This document shows positions 27,901 through 36,243 of a DNA stretch of 62,656 nt, in pieces. How positions within the stretch are numbered: the stretch's first letter is position 1; every line of letters starts with the position of its first letter. The stretch lies in IMG/VR virus record IMGVR_UViG_3300025141_013570, positions 1-62,656 of that record; one strand, written 5' to 3'. Origin of the DNA: a virus (lineage: Duplodnaviria; Caudoviricetes). The notes below the pieces were generated by a model. The model worked only from the letters and a program-made list of their open reading frames with translations. It was not told the origin of the DNA and made no database searches. A program made the translations under genes and the position numbers.

Positions 27901-30900
27901 GTGGGGAATTTAAAGCTCAACTTCACGGGCTTATATGAGTACGGGCTACTCATGAGCGGAGCCTGAGAGGTGAATTCGCCGGCGGTCACAAGGTCGGGGC
28001 CGTCGACATCTGTTGAGGCCCGAGGATTAAATAGAACACTAGAATAATCTTCTGTTTTTAAATAATTCTGGAATTTTTGAGTAAAGCGTCGAGGGAAAGA
28101 GTAAGTGGGAGCTACAGGAACTGGATTTTCCATTGAGTCCTGCAGGCCATTGATTCTGTCTTCAATCTCCTGCAGCGCATCCGCGAACTCGCCGTTTTCC
28201 ATCAGCTTGGTCAGCACGTCGACAAGCACCTCTATTACATCTGCAACGGCGTCGGCTTCAACTCCCAGAATTTCACCCACATCACAATGTTCGTTCATTT
28301 CTTGAATGAGACTATCAATCTCTTCGAAGGCCCGGGACATACCATTCATTATGTCTTGTCCGACTCGGTTCATCTCGTCCAGTCCCTCACCCACAACGCC
28401 GGCGGCATCGAGGGTTGCGCCCATCAGTTGGCTTGATTGACTGGTCTCTATGTCGGGAACCTTTAGCGCCTGCTGGGCAGCACCGAGCGAATTAACAAAA
28501 TCCATCTCGATTACCTCTACTACAGTTTGTAAGACAGATGGAATATCGGTATTTACCAATGCATTGTCCACATAGCCGGCTTTCGCCGGGCAATCTAAAT
28601 TAATACGACCGCCAGGATTATCTAATTGTATACCGTTTTCAGCTATGTCGCGGAGAGTATCGTCGACATAGGGAGGCGCAATTTCTTCAAGTAAGCAAAT
28701 GTTATCTAGATTTTCTACGTACACATCCGTAGCCACCTGATTGCAGAACTCCGACATATCAACAAATTCCGATAGGCGCGCGAAGAAGCCAAGCAGCGCA
28801 GAATAGGTATTCAGCGTACGTCGAATATTTAAGTTCTCATACGAAAGATTAAAATCTAGGATTTTCTCTACAGTAGCATAAGGGATCTCATCGCGATTTA
28901 TAAAAAGATAACATATTTCTACAGAGCTTAACATAGGAGACAGGTCTGACAAATATTTCATCATTTCAGCGAAGGTGAGACCTTTATCTCCAAAAAGACT
29001 ATCTAGGGCTGACTGATTAGATATGTTGGGGAGGTCCAGGTCTGGCATTCCTTGGTCGACGAGGGCGCCTAAATCATTCTCTCCGAAATCTTCGGCGCGC
29101 CCAGAGGTAAAGGGGCACACCTCTTTCAACAATGCGGCAAGTTGCTTAATTATCTCAAGGACTCCCTCCATTAGGGTGTCCAACATCATGCCAAGAATTG
29201 CCTTCCACATATCACCATCGATAGTTTTAGGTTTAAACATATCAAGATCAAGAGAGGGCATTGTAACCGTGGGACGAGGAGGGGCGGGCTCAAGGTAGAG
29301 CTCTTGTCCCGTTTGCTGAATAGCACTTGCGACAGCTGATGCCAGGCGCTCAAAGGCCGGCGCAAGGCCAAACGTCAAGCAGATAATGGCCTCTTTCGCT
29401 AGTTCCTGAATTCCGATTTGGCGTATTACTACGGCTAGCTTCGAGTCCTTTTTCATCCCGGGGATTGGAAAATCACCATCCAGAACCTTTCCGATATGTT
29501 TAGTGATATCCGCGGCCGTCTTGAGAACCTTTTTCTTTTCCTCCATGCGCACTTTTTTATAAATTTCTGGATTTTCCCGTACGCGTTGGCGATATTCTCT
29601 CAATTGCTTTACTCCCAACGGCCCGGACGCGCCGAGGAAGCCCTTTTCTAAATTTTTTACATCTCCAAGATCAATAATATTTAATTTGGCGGCCTCCTTA
29701 AGAAACAAATTTTTAAAATCTCCGGGTTTGGGGAGTGTCGAGAAATCAAAGTTATCCTCAAAACCAAAAGACCCCGGGGGGCTGGACGATAGAAAATCTA
29801 CGAAAGAAAAGTCGGGCGAGCCGATGTCGCCCAGCATTTTCATTGTCTCCACCAATGTCTCATACATTTTCAACGTGTCAAGAGTAAAGGGGTCGCGCCA
29901 GCGCTTGTTCCACACTATGTTGGTCATATAGCCAGTGCGCAGGTGCTGGCGGTCGGGACCGAGTTCATTGACAGTATAGGACATTCCAGAAATTGCTGTT
30001 CCAGTTTCGTCCCACCCAAATTCGATGTAAATATTGTCAGCTTCTTGAAATTCTAATCCTGTAAGATCAACAGTACCCGACGCCATAGTAAAATCATTGC
30101 CGATGTCCTTAACAACTTCCATAACGATAATATTTAATATTTTCATCAAGGAGGATTGGATGGCCCCGAAATCAAGAGGATTCGGCAATGTGCCTTCGAA
30201 CATATTCATCTGTTCGTTAAAAGAAGCCAACCCATCGTTAACAAGATTATTGTTGGATACCATAGACCCGATCTGCAAGGTGGTAACCCCTCCGCCCCCT
30301 GAAATCTTTTCGTCCATATTAAAGGCGCCTAGTGCAGAATCCAAATTTGGAAGGTTCTTCATCTGTCGCAATAAAATCATTAAAACAGACGGGTAGGGCA
30401 CCACCAAAAATTGGGTATCGGTTGGGCCCATGTCGGAAGGCTCACTAAGGCCGTCGATTTTTTGAAACGCGGTAGCCTCGTGGGCCCCTGCCGGCGGATA
30501 CCCAACGGACCGGGCTGCTACGTCTTTAAGTGTCTCTGCCTCGGCCTTTGTTATCTCAAATGATAGAGGAAGCTCAAGGGTTGCCAGGACCAAGTGCTTA
30601 GTCTTCTTCAGCTCCGGATTATGCGGAAAATAGTATACCGCGGTAACATTGTCTTTCAGGGTTTGTCGTAGCCTCCGATATGCAGCTTCGAATACGGGAT
30701 CAAGGCTCTCTGTGTCTCCCTTGTTGCGTCGATGGGTGCGGTAATTAAGATAATATTCAGGAAAAAAATGAAGTATATATCGATCTACAGCTTTGCTTTT
30801 CACCGCTGGAAGTTGACCTTCAAAGTCTTCAACGTTCTCAAATTTATCAAACAACAGTTTAACTTTAACAGTAGTGTCACTAGGGTTCTCGCCTTTTACA

Positions 30901-30986
30901 ATGAAGGGCACATTGCGGCCTCGCGAACGATAGCCGCCGGCATTTGCTTCTGCATCATTTAAAAGATAGTTGTCAATTGTGGACAT
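24942..30986 (-). CDS. Very large acidic, helical hypothetical virion protein with hydrophobic C-terminal segments
   Basis: 2014 aa, between the spike-like and gp25 genes. Hydrophobic stretches include GMFLLLIQIHIAQFII, VLRILFCLLAVAM and FLGLLCMPPGPFGIVYLLLMLL. Confidence 0.55.
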   Translation of the reverse strand: MSTIDNYLLNDAEANAGGYRSRGRNVPFIVKGENPSDTTVKVKLLFDKFENVEDFEGQLPAVKSKAVDRYILHFFPEYYLNYRTHRRNKGDTESLDPVFEAAYRRLRQTLKDNVTAVYYFPHNPELKKTKHLVLATLELPLSFEITKAEAETLKDVAARSVGYPPAGAHEATAFQKIDGLSEPSDMGPTDTQFLVVPYPSVLMILLRQMKNLPNLDSALGAFNMDEKISGGGGVTTLQIGSMVSNNNLVNDGLASFNEQMNMFEGTLPNPLDFGAIQSSLMKILNIIVMEVVKDIGNDFTMASGTVDLTGLEFQEADNIYIEFGWDETGTAISGMSYTVNELGPDRQHLRTGYMTNIVWNKRWRDPFTLDTLKMYETLVETMKMLGDIGSPDFSFVDFLSSSPPGSFGFEDNFDFSTLPKPGDFKNLFLKEAAKLNIIDLGDVKNLEKGFLGASGPLGVKQLREYRQRVRENPEIYKKVRMEEKKKVLKTAADITKHIGKVLDGDFPIPGMKKDSKLAVVIRQIGIQELAKEAIICLTFGLAPAFERLASAVASAIQQTGQELYLEPAPPRPTVTMPSLDLDMFKPKTIDGDMWKAILGMMLDTLMEGVLEIIKQLAALLKEVCPFTSGRAEDFGENDLGALVDQGMPDLDLPNISNQSALDSLFGDKGLTFAEMMKYLSDLSPMLSSVEICYLFINRDEIPYATVEKILDFNLSYENLNIRRTLNTYSALLGFFARLSEFVDMSEFCNQVATDVYVENLDNICLLEEIAPPYVDDTLRDIAENGIQLDNPGGRINLDCPAKAGYVDNALVNTDIPSVLQTVVEVIEMDFVNSLGAAQQALKVPDIETSQSSQLMGATLDAAGVVGEGLDEMNRVGQDIMNGMSRAFEEIDSLIQEMNEHCDVGEILGVEADAVADVIEVLVDVLTKLMENGEFADALQEIEDRINGLQDSMENPVPVAPTYSFPRRFTQKFQNYLKTEDYSSVLFNPRASTDVDGPDLVTAGEFTSQAPLMSSPYSYKPVKLSFKFPTRVGPRQWVSSGQTYSSGIPKLEPVLADTTSDIDALRITYPMKSSAEANGQYVQVVLNSALLPTSSAAIDFNIDEPPGFAPARNVNPYIGLFSDPILAQYEVESPDLYGTPTAYKLLERDLDTLLFPSAFAGLVESSFNYIRTNGVFDITKLNSLTFFHDNRNCLPDDVADLLDINGLMKELNDEMADALCHDKPPGLQGMEGKIRDVIRYGMFLLLIQIHIAQFIIKNIFVFSAYHVDDLLGSPLTKEFLSIQIREKVLDMVKSQPLISRKMVEYFTKKAARSSAVAKGGLTNVAGDVIFPAGKTFSAPDFPAIVEFCAGQRILKSKTAVANAVTKSSPNLSPKKLTRAFVEDILGFEAMNFGSGPRGQGKQSWAVDDDLAGKRIRLKVNEAAGGGIGVFPGLLGNETHFQNLGRNTIAERSLRSQMDARAGDIDGFSFLRYGKIVLERKVVWENVAHLENGTVPEILTATTGENYGIEIELFKEMLFNQSAGASERNVTQDIFGDPTTLSPIQFEGVGLKYDIVYYSPYCGNHSGNEYGGVAQADRPRLSKNIGLAPHLRGPEMHQSSVNPPARFVLSRLDLRIPLANQVSIGETELRHGLMEIDGVTQYGTREEPILQTQLSDYGKEATNSELIGIIADPVFEDYFGKAFNRDLITMVPIMENYYLTTNFFPQYDKLLLAPKQRCIQIFVDSVLNEDGFTQPERVSPQAEAAMMANSDDPLSGLKQSAIDFILKMLIETPIQILRGVSEMLDPHVAIWKIVRDVTGFAFGTMAGGIDTSGALNPLKEMPVPPDSPEYDDSPGAENMMPGVAPNIDGEGVLRILFCLLAVAMKATQAGFVLGEGTAAQETEGRLPAIDSENFLGTGLLGIPGAVFIGNPPKEPFTIPGGEGWEGLKYTAGMEDPRDLRNNVPDEVKDNFFPKITVEGVDFTGTFLGLLCMPPGPFGIVYLLLMLLKGLLEDKLEDAFDVDDGMDNVSGENASEC

Positions 30987-30997
30987 TCAATAAATAC

Positions 30998-32032
30998 CTA
31001 ATTATTAGAGTTATAGGGACTCAAGATATTCAAAGGGCCCCCCTTCTCGTCGACCGTCTCTGCGCCGGTGGATGATAAAAATTCCATAATTACTTGATTA
31101 AGAGCAGCGTTCAATGACATACCGCCCGTGTCAACCTTCGTAACATTGTTAATAAGGACATTGAGCCCATCCTTCATTGTCAGATCAAAGTCGGGCGCAG
31201 TCTTCATGCCATAAAAGGGAGCTATGTGCGTGTGCTTAATCAGTGCAGTATGAAGCTTGCGAGTTTCTTTAACATAGGTCATCGTCGAGGAGACAAAGTC
31301 TTGAAGTACTTTCGCCAAAACTTCAAGAAAAATCCGAAGGTTCTCGCCTTTCACCATAGGCTGTAACGCTGCCGCATCATTACACGCCACCAAGTCGATG
31401 CCGTACCCGCTTGTAAGTGCGTCTCCGAGGCGGCCGCCTTGTGAGTTCTGCTCATCAGTTCGAGTCACAAGTTTTATGTTTTCGCGAGCGATCAGGCGGA
31501 CAGTATCCGCTTTCACTGCAACGCAGGAGCGTGGCTCTTCTCTATTTGTGTTCCCCACGTGTCCAGGCTTAAGCTGAAAATATGTATCCACGTCTGCCAT
31601 CTGACTCACGTAGATTCGAGCGGCGTCCAGCTTAAAATTAGAGTCAACCCTATAGGGCTGACACTTTCCATCAATCATAGTCTTCTGCGGGGTCTCCCAC
31701 GGCCCTTTTGAGCCGCCGGCTCGGCCGGCCACAATATCGATGGCAGCGCAGTTGGTGGCATTGCTTCCGCCAAAGCCGCTGCTTTCAAGATTAGGACGAT
31801 CGAGTCCCAAAACTATCCATGCATTTCCAGGATTGGGTGCATCGCCCGAGTTATAGACGGTTTCTCGACCAGGGAGTGCGTTAAACGACGGAGAATCAAA
31901 GTTGGTTCGGGCGCGGCCGTTAAAGCCTAGATACTCGAGTTTACCGTCGTCATCGAGGGCATCATAATACTCCTTCTGATCTTTACACATGAGACTCAAA
32001 TCAATGAGTTTATTCTGTTTTCTTCTTCCCAT
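30998..32032 (-). CDS. Baseplate central spike-like protein (gp5/gpV C-terminal-like)
   Basis: 344 aa. Beta-rich VAVKADTVRLIARENIKLVT, then QPMVKGENL and an HxH motif (KHTH) like metal-binding spike tips. Adjacent to the muramidase genes. Confidence 0.6.
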   Translation of the reverse strand: MGRRKQNKLIDLSLMCKDQKEYYDALDDDGKLEYLGFNGRARTNFDSPSFNALPGRETVYNSGDAPNPGNAWIVLGLDRPNLESSGFGGSNATNCAAIDIVAGRAGGSKGPWETPQKTMIDGKCQPYRVDSNFKLDAARIYVSQMADVDTYFQLKPGHVGNTNREEPRSCVAVKADTVRLIARENIKLVTRTDEQNSQGGRLGDALTSGYGIDLVACNDAAALQPMVKGENLRIFLEVLAKVLQDFVSSTMTYVKETRKLHTALIKHTHIAPFYGMKTAPDFDLTMKDGLNVLINNVTKVDTGGMSLNAALNQVIMEFLSSTGAETVDEKGGPLNILSPYNSNN

Positions 32033-32051
32033 TACACTAACTTTCCTTCCT

Positions 32052-32061
32052 TATAATTAGG
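32052..32061 (-). promoter_or_regulatory. Putative late promoter (CCTAATTATA)
   Basis: Same motif, intergenic, upstream of the spike-like gene. Confidence 0.55.
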
Positions 32062-32087
32062 TGTTCTTAAATATTTCATGCCGTTGA

Positions 32088-33386
32088 TTAGGCTGTTGCC
32101 GACCCAAAAAGCGCGATCGCTTCGGAACTTCCTTCCAAGTTTTGTCTCGTCCTCTGCAGGGCGCTGATATAGACCTCTGGTTTCTCGTGCGCAGCATTTT
32201 TTCCTACATATTTGTAGAAAGACTCGCCGCGATAAACCATTTGAATCTTATCGCCGCCTATCTCGTCAAACTGAACCGGGACCCCGGCCCATTCCATTGC
32301 AATTGACTGGGCGGCTCCGACAATATCATCGCTTTGCCCAGTCAAATACAAACCGGCGCGACCCCTTCGATAGAGAAGCAGCTCAATGCCAAGGATATCC
32401 TGGGTAACATTGTCGTAATTATAAGATGTCGCACTAATGTCCGCAACTCTGATCGCGGATTTGAGCGTCCCTGGAGTTATCTGATATCTCCCCGATGCAA
32501 ACAGTTGATCAGCGGCCATTTTGCTTTGGACCACACTAAGTTTTACATCTGCAGGGTCAGAGTCTCTAAACAATTCCTCACTCATGTTAAAAGCTCGATA
32601 GGTTCCTGGGTGGTTTCCGGCATCGTAACCCCGACGTCCGGATTCGGGCTTGGCGATCGCATCTAATATGGGCTTAAATAGTCTGTAGATTGGCTTTAGT
32701 TCGGCGTAAGTGTACTTGGGGCCCTTGTTCATCTGCCGCGGGCCTACTCCGGAGGGCTGTGGGGCTGGACCTCCTCGCTGGCCGCCTACGGTTGAGCGAC
32801 TGGAGCCACCTCCATATCCCAAGGCGCCTCCATGGCCTCCCTTAAAAGCGAGTTCGCTGCTGTTTCCCTTCATTCCTGTCCAACGTAAAGGAATAGCCCC
32901 TTCGTATTCAATAATCATCGGATCCGTTAAACTAACTCTGTCTACATACCGAACCGTAACCAGGCCGCCAATTGGAAGTTGGCCATGTTTGGCTTCGACA
33001 TCTGTTGTCACATAAACATCCGGATATGTTTGCAGTACCGGATCTGCTCCGTCCAGAGGATAAGGCCGGGATTCAAGTTCGGGGATATATACCTTATACA
33101 CGAAGTATGGAGCATCAACAAGAGTGCCTTTGGAATTAGATGTATCCAATGCGATCAGGATAGAGGCCTTCTTCTGAAACGCAGCCCGGTTCGCTTGTCT
33201 TTTTGATACAACCACCCCTATAAATCTTCCTACCTTTTTAAGAGAATCAGGAGTATAAAGATCGGACATAGCTTGTCGGAGAAACTGCAGAGAGTTATCA
33301 CGTCGTGGATCTCCCTTGTTTCCGAAGCCTTCGCCAAAGTTATTAAGGGTTCCAAATTCTAGGGTATTTAAATCAAATTTAGCCAT
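32088..33386 (-). CDS. Tail-associated lysin: shared N-terminal carrier domain plus lysozyme-like muramidase (GH104/lambda-like)
   Basis: 432 aa. C-terminal DAIAKPES..GYDA, ASGRYQITPGTL, TQD, EWAGVP; Gly-rich linker. Confidence 0.8.
   Translation of the reverse strand: MAKFDLNTLEFGTLNNFGEGFGNKGDPRRDNSLQFLRQAMSDLYTPDSLKKVGRFIGVVVSKRQANRAAFQKKASILIALDTSNSKGTLVDAPYFVYKVYIPELESRPYPLDGADPVLQTYPDVYVTTDVEAKHGQLPIGGLVTVRYVDRVSLTDPMIIEYEGAIPLRWTGMKGNSSELAFKGGHGGALGYGGGSSRSTVGGQRGGPAPQPSGVGPRQMNKGPKYTYAELKPIYRLFKPILDAIAKPESGRRGYDAGNHPGTYRAFNMSEELFRDSDPADVKLSVVQSKMAADQLFASGRYQITPGTLKSAIRVADISATSYNYDNVTQDILGIELLLYRRGRAGLYLTGQSDDIVGAAQSIAMEWAGVPVQFDEIGGDKIQMVYRGESFYKYVGKNAAHEKPEVYISALQRTRQNLEGSSEAIALFGSATA
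33073..33116. repeat. 44-bp exact direct repeat, copy 1 (copy 2 at 34325..34368)
   Basis: TCAAGTTCGGGGATATATACCTTATACACGAAGTATGGAGCATC occurs at both positions; it encodes DAPYFVYKVYIPELE on the minus strand. Confidence 0.9.
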
Positions 33387-33396
33387 TGTTTTGTTG

Positions 33397-34650
33397 CTAC
33401 CAGCCCATCTCTTCTTTCACCATTTTAGCTATAATCTTATGGGCCGCATCGTTGGGGTGAAGGAGGTCGGCGTCATATTCGGGTTTGAGAATAAACTTCT
33501 CCGGATCATCTGACGTGTAGTTCACCGTTCCCACTGGCGCCCAATCAACTACATAATCAAAAGAGCCGCCCTTAATAAGTCGATTATATTCTTTGGTTCC
33601 CAGTACGATTCCGCGGCCGCTGCGGGTCAGCTTCCAGCCGCTTGGCTTCTCGGTATTGGATGGGTCTGATGTTATCCACCCTCTTTTGAGGCCCCAACCA
33701 GACCATCCCTGAATCGTTAGCGCTGCCGTTTTGATCCCGGGAAATTTACTTTTTACAGTATTGACTAACCCCATTAATTGATTATAAGGTGTCTTGCCGT
33801 TTCCATTTGCTGCAAGGGAGTTCGGACCCACAAAGAAAAACACATAATCGTAATTCTTATCGCTAAAACACTCCCCATCTTCAACAGCGGTGACGAATTG
33901 TTTTTTAATATATGCGATGGTTTTGCCGCTGGAGGCGAAGCGGTCCATTTTTAAATTGTGATCAGACGCATAGGAGCTCCACCATCGAGTATAAGATGCT
34001 CCAATGGCCAGTGCGTTGTGGGGGTTTCCTTTCTTGGAGGGTACGAACATCTCGCAGCCCTTGGGAAGCTTCTTGGTCTTCTTTTTGGAATTAGACTTAT
34101 ACGTCTTCCGCGTTAATGACGCGGCATCGGACCACTCGATAGCTACATTACCATCATAGCCAACAATCATAGGATCCAAAAGATTTTCCTTGTCGGCATA
34201 TTTAACATAGGCCAGACCTCCCATGGGCAGCTCTCCATATTTTAGCTCCACATCAACAGACACATAAACATCCGCATAGGTCTGGATAACCGGGTCTTTT
34301 CCGGACAAGGGTCGTGGGCGTGCCTCAAGTTCGGGGATATATACCTTATACACGAAGTATGGAGCATCCACCGAAACAGTATCGGATGCGCCGGAGCCGG
34401 CCCGAGATAACTGTAACAATACCGATCCCTTTTTTTGAAAAGCGGCTCGGTTCACCTCTCTTTTACCCACCACAATTCCTTGAAAAGTTTCCACTGAATT
34501 CAGGCTCTGAGGGCCATATGTTTTCTCTAGTGCTCGATTTAAAAGCCCTAGAGAGTTATCCCGGCGAGGATCTGCATCTCCCCCTACTCCTTCCTTGAAG
34601 CGGTTAAGGGTACCAAAATCTAATTCACTAAATCGAAATCCACCGGACAT
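33397..34650 (-). CDS. Shared N-terminal carrier domain plus SGNH/GDSL hydrolase (esterase)
   Basis: Start MSGG at 34650 overlaps the upstream stop (TAATG). SGNH blocks I, II, III and V: IGASYT, SSGKT, VGPNS, DLLHPN. Confidence 0.8.
   Translation of the reverse strand: MSGGFRFSELDFGTLNRFKEGVGGDADPRRDNSLGLLNRALEKTYGPQSLNSVETFQGIVVGKREVNRAAFQKKGSVLLQLSRAGSGASDTVSVDAPYFVYKVYIPELEARPRPLSGKDPVIQTYADVYVSVDVELKYGELPMGGLAYVKYADKENLLDPMIVGYDGNVAIEWSDAASLTRKTYKSNSKKKTKKLPKGCEMFVPSKKGNPHNALAIGASYTRWWSSYASDHNLKMDRFASSGKTIAYIKKQFVTAVEDGECFSDKNYDYVFFFVGPNSLAANGNGKTPYNQLMGLVNTVKSKFPGIKTAALTIQGWSGWGLKRGWITSDPSNTEKPSGWKLTRSGRGIVLGTKEYNRLIKGGSFDYVVDWAPVGTVNYTSDDPEKFILKPEYDADLLHPNDAAHKIIAKMVKEEMGW
34325..34368. 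repeat. 44-bp exact direct repeat, copy 2
   Basis: Identical to 33073..33116. Confidence 0.9.
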
Positions 34651-35942
34651 TAGCCCCACTTCTCCTTTACGCGGCGGCGAGTAATAAGGCCTTGCGGATG
34701 TTGAGGATCTGCATAGCCTGAATTGACTTCTGCTGTACGCGCAGTGCCAATTACATAACTATCATCCTTCCCGATAGCCGCAGGATAAAATACAATAAAA
34801 TACCAATCAACCTCTTCAGCCATATTCCCCCTTTTGTTCTTCTCAAAATATTTTTCTACAAAATCCAGTTGTTTATCGGGGCCCATAGTCAGCAACGATT
34901 CCACGGTGGTACCTAGGGAGCCGGCTGTTCCGGCTACCGAGAACTCAGGCATAAACTGAATCAGGCCAGTGGCGGCCGTATCATGATTTATAGCATAGGG
35001 ATCAAACGTGCCACTCTCTTTCTTGAAAATCTTTTCAAGAGTGCTAACTCGCATCCCCAGCCTAGATGCAATTGCATCAATCTTGTCTTGAAATTTCGCC
35101 TTCAGCGCTGTTTGATCCTTTGAAGAAAGAATGGCATTACTAGTCCAGCTGCTGGTGCTCTTTTTAGAAAGTGGGCCCGGGAGACCGCCGCGGGCCGTGT
35201 TATTGGTCTCTCCTGTAGATAAAAACATCTCCTTCCGGATCTCTTTAAGTCTTTTAGCCTCTTTCACCATCTTCTTTTGATGTGATGTTGATCCCCGGGG
35301 ACGGTCGCCGCCGGCACCCCCAAGCATACCAGTAAGAGCCCCTGCGCGGGCTTTGGTGCCACCTTTAAACGCTGCCTCATTCGCATTGCCTTTCATGCCA
35401 TCCCATTTTAAAGGAGAGGCTCCCTGATATTCCACTATTACGGGATCTAAAAGATTTTCTAGGTCGCCGTACTCTACGGACACGAGGCCGGCAACAGGCA
35501 TCTCTGCATATTGCATATCAACGTCGGTCGAAGCATGTACATCTGCGTAGGTTTGAAGAACTGGGTCATCCGCACTCAAGGGATAAGGCCTTGATTCAAT
35601 TTCCGGAATGTACACTTTATAAATAAAATAGGGCGCGTCCACCGAAACTGGTGACGGGGTGGAATCCGAGGAGGGGCGCCCTTGGGCATATGCCGTAATG
35701 AGGGGCCCTTTTTTCTGAAACATCGCCCGACTAACTTGACGTTTAGCAACGATAACCCCATTAAAGCGCTCGACAGTTTCGAGGGCGTCTCGGCCAAAGG
35801 CCTTTCGTAAAGCATCATCTATCAGGTTTGCACTAGATTGCCGTCGCTGGTCTGCGCCCCTGTTTGTAGTTGTGTCGCGGAAATTGTTTAATGTTCCAAA
35901 CGACAACTCATCAAGAAAAAAGCCGGCTGGTCGATCACCCAT
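34650..35942 (-). CDS. Shared N-terminal carrier domain plus SLT-type lytic transglycosylase
   Basis: Likely start MGDRP at 35942, with AGGA upstream. KESGTFDPYAIN...ATGLIQFMP...QLDFVEKYF carries the SLT motifs. Confidence 0.85.
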   Translation of the reverse strand: MGDRPAGFFLDELSFGTLNNFRDTTTNRGADQRRQSSANLIDDALRKAFGRDALETVERFNGVIVAKRQVSRAMFQKKGPLITAYAQGRPSSDSTPSPVSVDAPYFIYKVYIPEIESRPYPLSADDPVLQTYADVHASTDVDMQYAEMPVAGLVSVEYGDLENLLDPVIVEYQGASPLKWDGMKGNANEAAFKGGTKARAGALTGMLGGAGGDRPRGSTSHQKKMVKEAKRLKEIRKEMFLSTGETNNTARGGLPGPLSKKSTSSWTSNAILSSKDQTALKAKFQDKIDAIASRLGMRVSTLEKIFKKESGTFDPYAINHDTAATGLIQFMPEFSVAGTAGSLGTTVESLLTMGPDKQLDFVEKYFEKNKRGNMAEEVDWYFIVFYPAAIGKDDSYVIGTARTAEVNSGYADPQHPQGLITRRRVKEKWG

Positions 35943-36243
35943 TTTCCTGCTCCTCATTCAAAAGATCAAATAATTGCTCTTTGTCGTCGGCACTTAAACC
36001 GTGCTGGTGGGCTTTTTGCTTCTGAATGAGGCCGGCGAGTTTAACCATTTGTTCGTTGGAGCGCTGAAGGTTTTCAACATACTTGGCTGCAATGGGGCCA
36101 AGCTCTTTGCGTGATGCGTCCGACACCTTCATATCATTAATGGCATCCATAAGGAGCGACTTTGCCATGGCCCGGTCCTCACGAATATTAGTGGTTGTTT
36201 CTTCTAGATAATCATCTAGACTTAAATTTCGCCGCTTTCCCAT
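35935..36243 (-). CDS. Hypothetical helical/coiled-coil protein
   Basis: 102-aa ORF overlapping both neighbours. Confidence 0.65.
   Translation of the reverse strand: MGKRRNLSLDDYLEETTTNIREDRAMAKSLLMDAINDMKVSDASRKELGPIAAKYVENLQRSNEQMVKLAGLIQKQKAHQHGLSADDKEQLFDLLNEEQENG

Noticed and set aside
22713-35942. T6SS, eCIS or tailocin locus in a bacterial chromosome
   Set aside because: No T6SS membrane complex or ClpV/Afp15 ATPase. The gp55-like sigma, PhoH, tRNA, small orphan genes and single-strand packing fit a large phage. Capsid and terminase are not in the window, so this rests on context.
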